IMG/VR virus record: IMGVR_UViG_3300034072_000926
Coordinates: 401,260-465,259 of that record
Strand: one strand, 5' to 3'
Length of the DNA: 64,000 nt
A program made the translations under genes and the position numbers. Each line of letters opens with the position of its first letter. The first letter of the stretch is position 1. A model generated the notes under the pieces. The model was not told where the DNA came from, ran no database searches, and worked only from the letters and a program-made list of their open reading frames with translations. This document shows, in pieces, positions 28,479 through 38,695 of this stretch.

Positions 28479-28823
28479 TTAGCTCTCGACAAATACCTTC
28501 TTAGTATGATTCCAATTATAGGTTCGACCGTTCATCCTTAGGCCAACCAAAGCGTCCAAATTTACGTTACGAAATGCACCCTTCTGCATTTCCTCCTGCG
28601 TCTTGCCCTTGTTGTGGGCCGCGCTAGGGTCCAGCTTCTGCATGTCATATACAGTGAGGAGGTTGTGGTCGCTGGGCTTGTAAGCCTGGCCGACACCCTT
28701 GACGCCCTTGCTGACACCACGACGGCAATTCATTGTGCGGATGCTGCCATCGCCGCGCTTCACGAAGTCGACGGTGAAGAGCTGACCACTGGCGGTCTTT
28801 TCCATAAACTGGTCGAGGGTCAT
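28479..28823 (-). CDS. phage SH3/WYL-like small beta-barrel protein
   Basis: FTVDFVKRGDGSIRTMNC..VYDM..FRNVNL pattern. Confidence 0.65.
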   Translation of the reverse strand: MTLDQFMEKTASGQLFTVDFVKRGDGSIRTMNCRRGVSKGVKGVGQAYKPSDHNLLTVYDMQKLDPSAAHNKGKTQEEMQKGAFRNVNLDALVGLRMNGRTYNWNHTKKVFVES

Positions 28824-28909
28824 TTCCTGTGCCAAAGTGCAGTCTCCCTTTAGTTGATACATATCAATTAGCGGGAAAACTGCACTCTGTCAAGCCCGAT
28901 CTAGAACTT

Positions 28910-29248
28910 TTATCGTTTTGCCGAAACTTTCTTCGGCTTGGTCTTCTTTGTGGGCATAGATATCCCACCATAGCCGATCCGTTTGACGCCTGCTCCTGCG
29001 CCACTGACGATCACGAGGTCATGATCGCAAGCTTTGAGCATTGCACGGATGGTTGCAAGCTGCGGGAAGCGGGTCTCGCGATACAACCATTTGCTGGTCG
29101 TCTGAGGGGTGGGGCCACCACGCTCATGCACTCGCTTGAGGGACTGGCCACTGTTGAGCATGACTGCGATACAATCGTCTCTCAGGTCTTCCAGTTCAAC
29201 CAGCGGCTGACGTGCGAGAACAAACGGTTTACCTTTTGCCTTTGCCAT
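28910..29248 (-). CDS. XRE/Cro-like HTH protein
   Basis: GQSLKRVHERGGPTPQTTSKWL..PQLATIRAMLKA. Confidence 0.65.
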   Translation of the reverse strand: MAKAKGKPFVLARQPLVELEDLRDDCIAVMLNSGQSLKRVHERGGPTPQTTSKWLYRETRFPQLATIRAMLKACDHDLVIVSGAGAGVKRIGYGGISMPTKKTKPKKVSAKR

Positions 29249-29257
29249 GATATCTCC

Positions 29258-30562
29258 TTACAGTTTTGGCAATTCCCACTTGATCCGGATGCTGCGGATT
29301 GGCTTGCCCTTACGGAACGCCATAAATCCACGCATCAAGACTTCGACTTTCTGTTCCCTAACAAGCGAACTCAATTCGAGCAGCTTCTCGCGAGTCACAT
29401 AAGCGGGACTCTGAGCATCCAAGCCGATACCTGTGATGACCTGCCCCATGAAGGTATCAGCTGCATCCTTGTCAGCTTGGCTCATCACATAGTAACAGAA
29501 CCCTATCACACTTGGCGGAGCAAGTCGCTTGCTCTTGTTGCCATGCTTGTAGGGAAACTGGCTTGCAAGATCGAGCATCTTGTCGGTCTTGGCTCGCTCA
29601 TAGATCTCAGCGGCTGTCACACGATTCAAGTTGGCAAAGTTCTGCCCATCATTGCGCTCATATGCAATGAGGAAGCGAGTCAGTGCCGCGAGGGTTGTGG
29701 GCTGGGTGAACCCATCGACGCTCAGATGATCGTGGGCGCCACGATTAGCCCCGGTATCCACTGTTCGCCGCGATGCGCGTTCCACGCCAAAAACAAAGAG
29801 AACCGGGATCGCCTTCTGTGTGTCCAAGACCGCGAGGCTGCGATGCTGACCATTGTTGACCAACCCTTCCTTGCTGATGATGATGGTTTCACCGTTGAAG
29901 TCCCAACGATCAGCATTGATGTCGCTGATGTATTGGTTCAGCTTTGCTTGCCGGACAGGACGATTCCCGTCATTGTGTTCCAACAAGACCGTTGCAAGTT
30001 CGGGAGTCATATCGACTTGGACGGTATGGACCCGTTTCTGGGAGAGTCTGACCTGTTCCTGATACCACGCTTTCGCATCGTCGATGTCTGTGAGGTCTGC
30101 ATGAGCAGCCCGTTCAGAGGAGACATCTTCCTGGAAATGTGTAGCAGGGAAGTTGTGTTCGGGTTCTGCGCTCTCTTTCAAGCCCACAATGTCCACGAAC
30201 GTTTCGCGAACCAAGTCTGGAAGTTCGCTTGTCACTTCGATCTCATGTGTCTCAGGATGATAGACACCCTTGAGATGTTGGGCTGGCATTTCCCTGGACG
30301 CCGTCGTGAGACCAGTGAGATGATGTTCGCCCAGTGAGGTCGCATAAGCAAAATTGCCTCGGTTGCGGTCACTAAGTTTCACACCATCTTCGCCGATCTT
30401 GATCCGCAGTCGGCCATCGGACTGTTCGATCCGCGCATTTCGATCTGCTTCTGGGATTTGAGAAATGAATTCCTTGTGGACTCCCAGGCTCCACACAAGG
30501 CGCGGATTGGCCTTGGTTCCCATTCGTAGGCTAGATAGCCTCAAATCAATTGCTTGGTTCAT
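29258..30562 (-). CDS. ParB/Srx-like domain protein with N-terminal extension
   Basis: MTPELA..NRPVR..WDFNGETIII..NGQHR. Confidence 0.8.
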   Translation of the reverse strand: MNQAIDLRLSSLRMGTKANPRLVWSLGVHKEFISQIPEADRNARIEQSDGRLRIKIGEDGVKLSDRNRGNFAYATSLGEHHLTGLTTASREMPAQHLKGVYHPETHEIEVTSELPDLVRETFVDIVGLKESAEPEHNFPATHFQEDVSSERAAHADLTDIDDAKAWYQEQVRLSQKRVHTVQVDMTPELATVLLEHNDGNRPVRQAKLNQYISDINADRWDFNGETIIISKEGLVNNGQHRSLAVLDTQKAIPVLFVFGVERASRRTVDTGANRGAHDHLSVDGFTQPTTLAALTRFLIAYERNDGQNFANLNRVTAAEIYERAKTDKMLDLASQFPYKHGNKSKRLAPPSVIGFCYYVMSQADKDAADTFMGQVITGIGLDAQSPAYVTREKLLELSSLVREQKVEVLMRGFMAFRKGKPIRSIRIKWELPKL

Positions 30563-30565
30563 AGT

Positions 30566-30799
30566 TTACTCCGATCTAACTGTAGCGATGACTCGATCCA
30601 TAAAAGCTTTCTCGACGGTCTGTTTGTCATTCGTAAATGCACTAAGGGCCTCGATAAGTTTGGGGTTTATATCTGGATCGAAGAACATCTTTATGACAGT
30701 GCTGGCAAGGTATTGCTTGCTCATGCCAGTTCTCTTGGCTACAAGATCGAGCGCACCACTCGCCTCTTTTGTTATTGAAACGCTTGTGGTTGTCGTCAT
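30566..30799 (-). CDS. ribbon-helix-helix-like protein
   Basis: TSVSIT beta strand followed by ALDLVAKRTGMSKQYLASTVIK. Confidence 0.6.
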   Translation of the reverse strand: MTTTTSVSITKEASGALDLVAKRTGMSKQYLASTVIKMFFDPDINPKLIEALSAFTNDKQTVEKAFMDRVIATVRSE

Positions 30800-30982
30800 A
30801 CTGACCTCATAAGGCTATAGGAATGCAGAAGAAGCCCGAACGCCGAAGCGATCAGGCTACTACTTGCTTTTGTCGAGATGCGCGTATTGCGACCCACTGA
30901 CATTCCTATCTCTCTACTGTCAGTGAGCTAACTTATAGATTGCTTATAAGAAGTCAAGAACACACTTATAAGCCGTTTATGG

Positions 30983-31423
30983 CTATGATATTTCACTCAC
31001 AATGTCAGCCAGAATCTCATCTGCTAGAGCGAGAAGTTCAGCTTTTTGTACGAGTTGAAGCGCGATTGGTGCTCGACGATCCTGAGTCATCTTGAGTTCG
31101 AAGGAGCAAGTTCGGTAACTGAACAGGTCTTTTGCTTCAATATTTCCTAGATCGATCTGTTGCTGATTGTGGGAGAGTCTTTCCCTGCGGGCTTCAATGA
31201 GACTGTGGAACTTCTGTATGAACCACGGCCCCCCGCCATGCTTTATCATATTGTTGTCAGCGAAGAATCGTCCCTTGGGTTCACGTTTCGCAACCTCAAA
31301 TGCAAGGAAGGGCGTTATTAGGACGATGTTCTTGGAATTTGTTTCGAAGCGACCAAACATCTTCGCATTTCGGAAGACCTTAGCGGAGTCAATTACATTA
31401 GGAACGAGTTCACTCATGTTCAC
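30983..31423 (-). CDS. hypothetical protein
   Basis: 146-aa ORF, GAGGTG SD. Confidence 0.6.
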   Translation of the reverse strand: MNMSELVPNVIDSAKVFRNAKMFGRFETNSKNIVLITPFLAFEVAKREPKGRFFADNNMIKHGGGPWFIQKFHSLIEARRERLSHNQQQIDLGNIEAKDLFSYRTCSFELKMTQDRRAPIALQLVQKAELLALADEILADIVSEIS

Positions 31424-31740
31424 CTCTCATAACAACGGGGAGGGCTTTGCAGCACCTCCCCGTCGGTAGCCCGCTTACTAGACAACTTGGGAACCAGGTC
31501 GGGTCGCTACAACCAGATCCTTTAGCCGTCTTTCCACACCGTCCGCCACGCACACCGTAAAGCCCTGTATGCCCCGCGAAATGTGCCCACCTTCCCTAGA
31601 AGGAAAGGCTCTCCCTCAGCAAACTACAGCCTGCAGAGTAGTGGAATTCGTAGAAAAAGCAAGACGTTTACGCCTATGCAACAAAATTTTTCTAGGTTAG
31701 TCAAGTCTTTAACCTAATATCATTATATTCAATGCAGTAG

Positions 31741-32040
31741 TTACATGAATGTGATGCGAATATAATGAGTAAAGTTTGCACAATGCTTGGATTCGTCGAC
31801 TACGGGCCCGTAGATGGCCTCCAAGTAGGCAAAATTATAGGTCTGGTGCGCGTCCTTAACCGTTGACATTGTGAGCTCTCGAAGCTGCTGGCGATCCAGT
31901 TCAGGGTCGACTAACATGCGGAAAACTCGCTGTCCGTTATGGTTGGTGAAATTCGCGACTTTGACATAAACGCCCAGTTCGTTCGAGACGACCTGAGCGT
32001 ATGTGTAATCAGCGGGGTAATCACGACAATCTAAGTGCAT
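31741..32040 (-). CDS. hypothetical protein
   Basis: 99-aa ORF. Confidence 0.6.
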   Translation of the reverse strand: MHLDCRDYPADYTYAQVVSNELGVYVKVANFTNHNGQRVFRMLVDPELDRQQLRELTMSTVKDAHQTYNFAYLEAIYGPVVDESKHCANFTHYIRITFM

Positions 32041-32091
32041 AATGAACCTCTAAGTAGGAAGGCTACTTCCTACTTATCAGTTGTTCAGCCC

Positions 32092-32580
32092 TCAGGATGC
32101 AAGGATCATAGCCTGGTAGCGGCCAGAGAAATCGTCCCAGCTCTTCATGCCGGTCGGGTTGAAGCTGATCCGCTGGAATGCAAGCAAGTGGCGCATCACT
32201 GCAACGGGAATCACGACCTCGAGGATCTTCCGCAAACCTTCCTCGGTCATCGTGTCCATATAATTGCGGTCTGCGAACATCTTGCGACATTCCTCAAAAG
32301 CTTCCTTGGACTTGTAGTCGCCGGTGAAGTTCTCCATCGAGTAGCGCAGAAGGGTATCAATTTTCGGATTCATGACCTCCTGATACTGCGGATTCAGGTG
32401 GGTCGGACCATCCGACTTGTCCTTCATGAGCGTGTGGAAAGCGATCACATCCTGCTGGAGACGGACCATAGTCGCATACTTGTTCAGACCGGCGGCCTTG
32501 GCAGCACCTTCAAGTGCGCCCATCGCTGCGCCGGCGATTGCAGCTTTGAAAATGTTCTTCAGAATTTCACGGCGGTTCAT
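32092..32580 (-). CDS. hypothetical protein with twin-arginine-like leader
   Basis: MNRREILK followed by Ala/Gly-rich stretch; AGGAGATCGAAC leader. Confidence 0.7.
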   Translation of the reverse strand: MNRREILKNIFKAAIAGAAMGALEGAAKAAGLNKYATMVRLQQDVIAFHTLMKDKSDGPTHLNPQYQEVMNPKIDTLLRYSMENFTGDYKSKEAFEECRKMFADRNYMDTMTEEGLRKILEVVIPVAVMRHLLAFQRISFNPTGMKSWDDFSGRYQAMILAS

Positions 32581-32671
32581 GTTCGATCTCCTGTTTGTCT
32601 CTATGCCATATTCATAGCATCAAACAGGAGACACGCAACCTCTTTTTCACCTTTGTTGAAAGAAAGGTGAC

Positions 32672-34213
32672 TTATACGGCGTAACGAACCTCCGCTTCCC
32701 AGTTGCCAATACGCACACCGCCCTTCTTCACCTTGCTCATCTCATACGTTGCGAGAATGTCCTCGATAACCCCGTAGCGGGTGTTCAGAGCTCCGTCGAT
32801 GAAGATCTCCTTATCGAGTTGCTTATTGACCAACTGCTGGAAGAGGACGTTCCCAGCAAGTCCATTCTTGATCTTCGGTTCCATCTCCTGGAACTTCTTG
32901 TGGTCAATACCCAGGTAGTCCCGAACCATAATGTTGATCGTGGAAACGACCTGCAAGGTGTGTTCGCGGCTGCAAAGACCACAGATCTTTGTGGTCTTGA
33001 TGTTGAATACGTGACCACAATCCTCGTCTTCACAACGCTTCCAAACATTGGTGCGCTTCTCGTAGCTCTTAGCCGACAGTTCGCGTTCCTCACGTTCGAG
33101 GAGCAGACCCTTTGCAGCACGGGGCCATTCAATTGCTTCGACCGGACCATGCTCCTTGATGTTGCCGGCAAAATCGAAAACATAGCCGAAACGCTCGCCT
33201 TCACACTTGCGGAGGACACGACCTACCATCTGCTGGTAAAACGCAATGCTGCCGACCTTGCGGGTCAGGAAGCAGAACTTGGCCAGCTTCTCGTCAAAGC
33301 CTTCACACAGAGCGTTAACGCTGATCAGCACCTGCGTGATGCCCTCATGGAAACGCTTGAAGATGTCTTCCCGAACCACCGGGCTCTGACCCTGAACATA
33401 ATCGACATCGCCAACATTGCCCTTGCCTGCCGTTACGACTTCGCACTTAATGCCCAGTGCAAGGAACTGCGCTTCCAGTTGCTTGGAGTGGTTCGTATCA
33501 TCGGTAAACACGATAGTGCGCTTGTTCTCATGCGAGGCAGTTGCGAGCAGCCATGTCTTGCCAACATGGTCATCAGCGAGGCTGAGCTCTTCATATACGG
33601 GCTTCTTCAAGTCGCCTCGTTCGATGAGTTCGCTCATCGTTGCTGCAACGATCATCCGATCCCCATACCATTCTGCAAGGCTTTCGCCGGGCTTATCAGT
33701 GCCATCCCGATACGGAGTAGCGGTGAAGCCGACGACCTTAGCGTTGGGCCAGCGGTTGCGGATTGCTTGGAACTCCGACGAGGTTGCCTTGTGGGCTTCA
33801 TCGAAGATGATCATTGTGGGTTCGAAGCTGGGATCGAAGTAGAGGTCGTTGGACAGACCGAGGGTGTTGGTCAACGTCTTCGGAAGCGTAACGAGCAAGT
33901 TACGCTTATAGTCGCATACCAGCTTGTGGGAAGCCTTGCCGACCAAGTAGGTCTTGATCGAATCATGCAGGGCGCTCGACATAATCTGGAAGCCATGCTG
34001 CATGGTTGCAATCGTCTGTCCCAGGAGAACCTGCAAGTTAACGATTGCAAGAACCCGACCGCCCCGCTTGATTTCCTCAGCCGCTACGTCTCCCATCACG
34101 ACCGTCTTGCCGTATCCCGTAGGAGCAACGACAAGAACAGAAGGCTGTTGCTGCAAAATGTTAAACACTTGCGTTGTTACGTTGCGCTGTTCTTCACGAG
34201 GCTTGATGACCAT
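32672..34213 (-). CDS. SF2 DEAH helicase (RadD/UvsW-like) with C-terminal Zn-finger
   Basis: APTGYGKT, DEAH, FTATP, LCEGFD, QQMVGRVLR, CEDEDC..CGLC. Confidence 0.92.
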   Translation of the reverse strand: MVIKPREEQRNVTTQVFNILQQQPSVLVVAPTGYGKTVVMGDVAAEEIKRGGRVLAIVNLQVLLGQTIATMQHGFQIMSSALHDSIKTYLVGKASHKLVCDYKRNLLVTLPKTLTNTLGLSNDLYFDPSFEPTMIIFDEAHKATSSEFQAIRNRWPNAKVVGFTATPYRDGTDKPGESLAEWYGDRMIVAATMSELIERGDLKKPVYEELSLADDHVGKTWLLATASHENKRTIVFTDDTNHSKQLEAQFLALGIKCEVVTAGKGNVGDVDYVQGQSPVVREDIFKRFHEGITQVLISVNALCEGFDEKLAKFCFLTRKVGSIAFYQQMVGRVLRKCEGERFGYVFDFAGNIKEHGPVEAIEWPRAAKGLLLEREERELSAKSYEKRTNVWKRCEDEDCGHVFNIKTTKICGLCSREHTLQVVSTINIMVRDYLGIDHKKFQEMEPKIKNGLAGNVLFQQLVNKQLDKEIFIDGALNTRYGVIEDILATYEMSKVKKGGVRIGNWEAEVRYAV

Positions 34214-34507
34214 TTACATTCCCCAGTTAATTTACCGATCTCTTGTCCATTCTTATACATAGGTGGAACAAGCGAGTCAACCAGGTATTTCACCTTTTCT
34301 CGATCTAGTTGCTAGGTCGGTACGCCCTCCTCCTTACCGACACCGAGGTCCACGCTATTCACGCTTCTGCCCTCTGAAATCCAGCTCAGTGCTACTTGTC
34401 GGCCGCCGTTCACACCTCTGCTCTAGCATTGGTGAGCGTATGGTGAATACAAAGGTGTGTCAACTCTAGATATGGGAATGGGCCGAAATTTCTTCCGGCC
34501 CAAAATC

Positions 34508-34798
34508 TTACTTGACTTTGCCGCCGCAACCGATGATACCAGCTTCGAGGCTCTTGATGTAGGCTTTCTGTTCCGCAATTGTCTGGCGCAACATAGCATT
34601 CTGCTGTTCTAGCTTCAGTCCACGTTCTGCCTTATCAATTGCAATCTCAGCCTTTGCGATTTCGACCGTGCAAAGAACTGGAATAGGCACGTCGTTCTGG
34701 ACGACCTCTGTGTTCTCTGGCGGTTTAGGGATAGTCTCAACATGCTTGTCGCCACAGGCAGCAAGCGATAGAAGAGCTAGGATGGCAAGTTTTTTCAT
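34508..34798 (-). CDS. outer-membrane spanin (Rz1-like lipoprotein)
   Basis: LLSLAAC lipobox, Pro-rich, directly after a TM/coiled-coil gene. Confidence 0.75.
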   Translation of the reverse strand: MKKLAILALLSLAACGDKHVETIPKPPENTEVVQNDVPIPVLCTVEIAKAEIAIDKAERGLKLEQQNAMLRQTIAEQKAYIKSLEAGIIGCGGKVK

Positions 34799-35325
34799 TC
34801 TACCTTCCTCCAATCCTTAATGAATTCGTCAGTTGTTTTCTGTTCACGATCAATGCGATCGTCTGCGGTGCCGGTGCTTGGGTTAGCTGCACGATACTTG
34901 GCCGCTAAAGCCAAGTATTCCAAACGCTTTGCCTCGACCTTAGCAGCTTCCCTGCGAGCACTTGCGAGAGCCTGATCGGCAATACGCTTGAGATCCGCAA
35001 TGGCACGGTTGTTGGTCGCGATGGTCTTGCGATGCTGGGTCTTTTCCGTATCCAGAGCCTTGACATACTGCTTAAGAGCGGCATCCTGTTGCTTAATGAA
35101 TACTTCCTTTTCCTTCACAATGACACGAGTTTCCTCAAGTATATTGTAGGTAGCAACCGCATACCAACCTAAGAAACCCAAACCTATCGATAGCAAAAGT
35201 GTGAGGAACTGAAATGGGCAATTCCAGGCGAACTTTGCAATTCCCTTAATGGCGTCCCAAATCCATGTCATAACTAGCTTACCAAAGCCCAGGGTCTTGA
35301 GCAGGATACTCAGCAATATTCCCAT
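34795..35325 (-). CDS. inner-membrane spanin (Rz-like)
   Basis: N-terminal TM helix plus long coiled coil; TAAATA motif upstream. Confidence 0.75.
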   Translation of the reverse strand: MGILLSILLKTLGFGKLVMTWIWDAIKGIAKFAWNCPFQFLTLLLSIGLGFLGWYAVATYNILEETRVIVKEKEVFIKQQDAALKQYVKALDTEKTQHRKTIATNNRAIADLKRIADQALASARREAAKVEAKRLEYLALAAKYRAANPSTGTADDRIDREQKTTDEFIKDWRKVE

Positions 35326-35412
35326 AATGACTCTCCTAAAAGGATGGTAAAACTACCTCCTATTTAGTCGAGACATGGGAATGGGGTGGACTTGAAATCC
35401 ACCCCATTCTGG

Positions 35413-37110
35413 TCAGCGATCGTTGTCGCCGGCCTGCTCTTCGTTGGAGAAGTTGCTCGTGCGAGCAATTACCGAATCGATGAGCACATTGTCAACGGGC
35501 TTGCTTTCGGCCCTGGCAAGCTTCACAGCCAGCTTGATCACGTTCTTGATCTGACGACCATTCAGATCATGCTCAGCCAGTTTAGCGAGATCCAGACCCT
35601 GGACACCGGCAGCGTCAGTCAGGTTCGTCCAAATCTTAGCGCGCTTCTCGACCGTGGCAGCACCAAAACGCAGGCCGATGGAAATACGCGAGTAGAACGC
35701 CTGGTCAATGTTCTTCACGCGGTTGGTCGTGAGGAAGAGAACACCCTGATGGTATTCCAAGAGACGCAGGAACACGCCGACCATTGCGTTGCGGACGATG
35801 TCCTTCTCGTCACGCTCTTCAAGGAAGATGTCAGCTTCGTCGAGCAGCAGAACCGCATTCCAGACCGTCGCGACATCAAGGATGCGACGCAGAGTCTTTT
35901 CCAGCGAGTCAGGGTTGGTTCCGAGTTCGCCAACGCTGATGCTATAGAGAGGACGCTGGAGCTCTTCCGCGATGGCTTCTGCGGTCAGAGTCTTGCCCTG
36001 TCCCGGCGGACCATGCAGCAGGAAGATCGACCCGCCGCCCTTGCCGTCGATGAGGTCAGAGAAGTCACCACTGTCATCCTGCACGATGGCTTTGACTAGT
36101 GCCTTGTCCTCTTCGGGCAGAACCAGCTTCTCGAACGCGTCAGTACGGAACTCAATGTCGCTGAGACCCGAAACTGCCATACGACCCCACTGCTTCACAG
36201 ACATGCTGAAGCCATAGAGGTATGGATAGGTGCGCCACAGATCGCTATCGGGAATCACGATGTCAATCTTCTTGTTGTTGCGCTCTTCGCGGTTCGATTC
36301 GATGCCGCTCTGGTAGCTCTCGTTGGAGAACTGGTTGTTGTCAACCTGCTGGAAGCTCGAGATGTCCATGATCACACGACCATCGGCGCGGAACGCCTGA
36401 CTCGACCAGTAACTGTTGCGAGTCAGCTGACCCTTATACTGAATATAGTGAACGCCATTCGCATACTTGCGGTAACGAGCGCCACGCTCGGTCAGGTAAG
36501 CCTTGGTCTCGTCATCGAGGGGACGAACAGTCAGCGAGTTGATCTTCTGGAAACCAGCGAAGTAGCCCACGTTGGTTTCAAAGATGTTGTCCTTTATCGT
36601 GCCGTGGACGTTCGAGATCACCTTAATCTGGACCTTGTAATAGGTCGAGAAGAAAGTCTGAACCAGCTTGACGCTCTCGATAGTGCCGGCGATCAATTCA
36701 CCGTCAGCGGAGGTAACGACTTCCTTGTCCTTCTCGAGCAGGAAGTTGAGGTCACCAAATTCAACATGGCCCTTCGCCAGCTTGTCAGCCAGCTGAGACT
36801 TGATTTCAGTCTCGTAGGCATCGATGATGTCGAGGACAGGCTTATACTTGCTCGAATTGCTCGTGAAATCGACTTCGTAGTCACCGAATTCGCGCACGAT
36901 ATCTGCACGGCGCCCCATCAGGACCGACAGAGGATAGATGTGAGAAAAACGCAGAGCTTCGTGGTAGCCGAGGACTCCCTGCATGATGCTCTGCATCATG
37001 TGCTTGATGTCTTCGCCGACCTTGGTGCAGTCCAGATAGGACTGGCCACCGTCATCAAAACGCGAGATGATCTGCTTCACCTGCGTCTTCTTTGCTTTGG
37101 CTGTGGTCAC
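35413..37110 (-). CDS. AAA+ ATPase (single C-terminal AAA domain)
   Basis: HGPPGQGKT, LLLDEADIF, LRLLEY, LTTNR, LNGRQIKN. Confidence 0.92.
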   Translation of the reverse strand: MTTAKAKKTQVKQIISRFDDGGQSYLDCTKVGEDIKHMMQSIMQGVLGYHEALRFSHIYPLSVLMGRRADIVREFGDYEVDFTSNSSKYKPVLDIIDAYETEIKSQLADKLAKGHVEFGDLNFLLEKDKEVVTSADGELIAGTIESVKLVQTFFSTYYKVQIKVISNVHGTIKDNIFETNVGYFAGFQKINSLTVRPLDDETKAYLTERGARYRKYANGVHYIQYKGQLTRNSYWSSQAFRADGRVIMDISSFQQVDNNQFSNESYQSGIESNREERNNKKIDIVIPDSDLWRTYPYLYGFSMSVKQWGRMAVSGLSDIEFRTDAFEKLVLPEEDKALVKAIVQDDSGDFSDLIDGKGGGSIFLLHGPPGQGKTLTAEAIAEELQRPLYSISVGELGTNPDSLEKTLRRILDVATVWNAVLLLDEADIFLEERDEKDIVRNAMVGVFLRLLEYHQGVLFLTTNRVKNIDQAFYSRISIGLRFGAATVEKRAKIWTNLTDAAGVQGLDLAKLAEHDLNGRQIKNVIKLAVKLARAESKPVDNVLIDSVIARTSNFSNEEQAGDNDR

Positions 37111-37187
37111 TTCTTTACTCTCTTTAGTTGCAACTCCACCTTAGCTAGGCTGGGTTGAAACTGTCACTAAAGAAAGTAGAAAAAGTT

Positions 37188-37622
37188 TTACCGGCTCAAA
37201 AGCTTTATCTGAGCGTCATCGGACTGCCAGTAGGCGTGCTGGCGTTCGAACGAAACATCGTTGAGATATTTGCTGATGAAGCCCTTGCCGGGATTGACCA
37301 CGCGCTGATCTTCACCCAGGTTTTCGACCAGGTCGTGGATCAGCTCATCGAATGACCAGATGTCGTTGGTGAAGAACGCCGCGTCTTTGAAGACATCATA
37401 TTCCCGATGCTGGGTGGGATAGAGCTTCTTGTCCTTGAAGTTCATTGCATGGCCGCCCACTGCACCTTCGACGAGAAGCATCCATCCCGAATTGTCGGAG
37501 AAGGTCCGCTTGATCAGCTTGATCTTGCTGCTGAAGCGAAGCTCAGTCACACAGGAGAGATGACGGGAAATCATCGCTTCATTGAAGAAGCCATCATACT
37601 TGGGGTCATCGGCCTTAGCCAT
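37188..37622 (-). CDS. hypothetical protein
   Basis: start MAKADD after AGGAGATCGAAA and a TTGACG promoter. Confidence 0.7.
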   Translation of the reverse strand: MAKADDPKYDGFFNEAMISRHLSCVTELRFSSKIKLIKRTFSDNSGWMLLVEGAVGGHAMNFKDKKLYPTQHREYDVFKDAAFFTNDIWSFDELIHDLVENLGEDQRVVNPGKGFISKYLNDVSFERQHAYWQSDDAQIKLLSR

Positions 37623-37689
37623 TTTCGATCTCCTGTTTGTGCTTCCGATAAAACACGAATAGCACAAACAGGTGATACGTCAACCTATT

Positions 37690-38286
37690 TCAGGCGATCA
37701 ATGCCCTGAAAGTGAGGCTGATCCTCGACCGACTATTGAAGCCGGCTTTCGGAATACGATGCTGATTACCGTCCTGGAATCCAGCTGGCATCAAGCAAAG
37801 CGAGCCCTGCTCCAGTGCGACTTCCTGAGGCTCACTCCAGGTCTTTTCGTTTGTTGCCTCGTTGAATGAAACCAACTGTCGGAACTGAATTGCGCGAGGC
37901 GTGTGGACACCTTCGCCGCCATAGAGAGTCACGATCGCAATGGGCTTCGAATGATCGATGCCTGGATCATCGTCGGCATGCCAACCGAGCCAATCCCTCG
38001 AGGTCTCGTAACCGTTCAGGAAACAGCCCTCGAATTCAACAGCCACATCCGTGTGAGCAGCCAAGGCGTCGCTGACTTCCTTGATCGACCGATGAAGTTC
38101 CTGTGCCTTGTAGGTGCGAATGCCTGCGCCACGACCATAGGTATAGTCGCGATCGAAGGTGTTCGTCCAATATTCGCGGCGAGGAGCATCTTCGCGTCGT
38201 TCCCAGTTGAGCTCATCCCAGAGTTCATAGAACATCTTCCCCGCCCGAGCAGATGGGATGAAATCAGGAATATAGACGACGGTCAT
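37690..38286 (-). CDS. AlkB-like 2OG-Fe(II) dioxygenase
   Basis: YTYG, FLNGY, GWHADD (HxD), HRIPK, RISLTFR; start MTVVYI after AAAGGAG. Confidence 0.88.
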   Translation of the reverse strand: MTVVYIPDFIPSARAGKMFYELWDELNWERREDAPRREYWTNTFDRDYTYGRGAGIRTYKAQELHRSIKEVSDALAAHTDVAVEFEGCFLNGYETSRDWLGWHADDDPGIDHSKPIAIVTLYGGEGVHTPRAIQFRQLVSFNEATNEKTWSEPQEVALEQGSLCLMPAGFQDGNQHRIPKAGFNSRSRISLTFRALIA

Positions 38287-38648
38287 GGTAACATCTGCTC
38301 CTTTATGGTGTGGAAGTTGCGGTCGTCTCCGACCTGTAAAAGCGAAACATTGAGGCCATTGTCGATGATCAACTGTCTGACCTCGAACATATCGTGGACG
38401 TAGCCATCGGTATAGACCGCGATCGGACCTTTGAAATCCTTGACAATGCGGAGTGCCGGGCAGAGCAATGAGCCACCGCCGCCGATGAATTGGAAATAGT
38501 TGATGTGATCCTGGCTCTTCATCGTGCCAATCACATGCGGGCGACAGTCGAAGCAAATGACCTTGTCGCCAACTTTGAGCTCGCTGCGAATTCGTGATAT
38601 CTCACTGACGGGCAGACTGCCACTTGTATCTATGAGAACTGCTCGCAC
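38283..38648 (-). CDS. small VWA-like domain protein
   Basis: IDTSGS (MIDAS), GGGS, YTDG. Confidence 0.75.
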   Translation of the reverse strand: MRAVLIDTSGSLPVSEISRIRSELKVGDKVICFDCRPHVIGTMKSQDHINYFQFIGGGGSLLCPALRIVKDFKGPIAVYTDGYVHDMFEVRQLIIDNGLNVSLLQVGDDRNFHTIKEQMLP

Positions 38649-38695
38649 GACGATCTCCTTTCACACCCTTATAGCATAAAAGGAGATCCAGTCAA

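Noticed and set aside
37690-38556. 288-aa version of the AlkB ORF (also the extended 44669-45394 and 61178-61552)
   Set aside because: The extensions overlap real upstream genes or RNAs; internal starts have clear SD sequences
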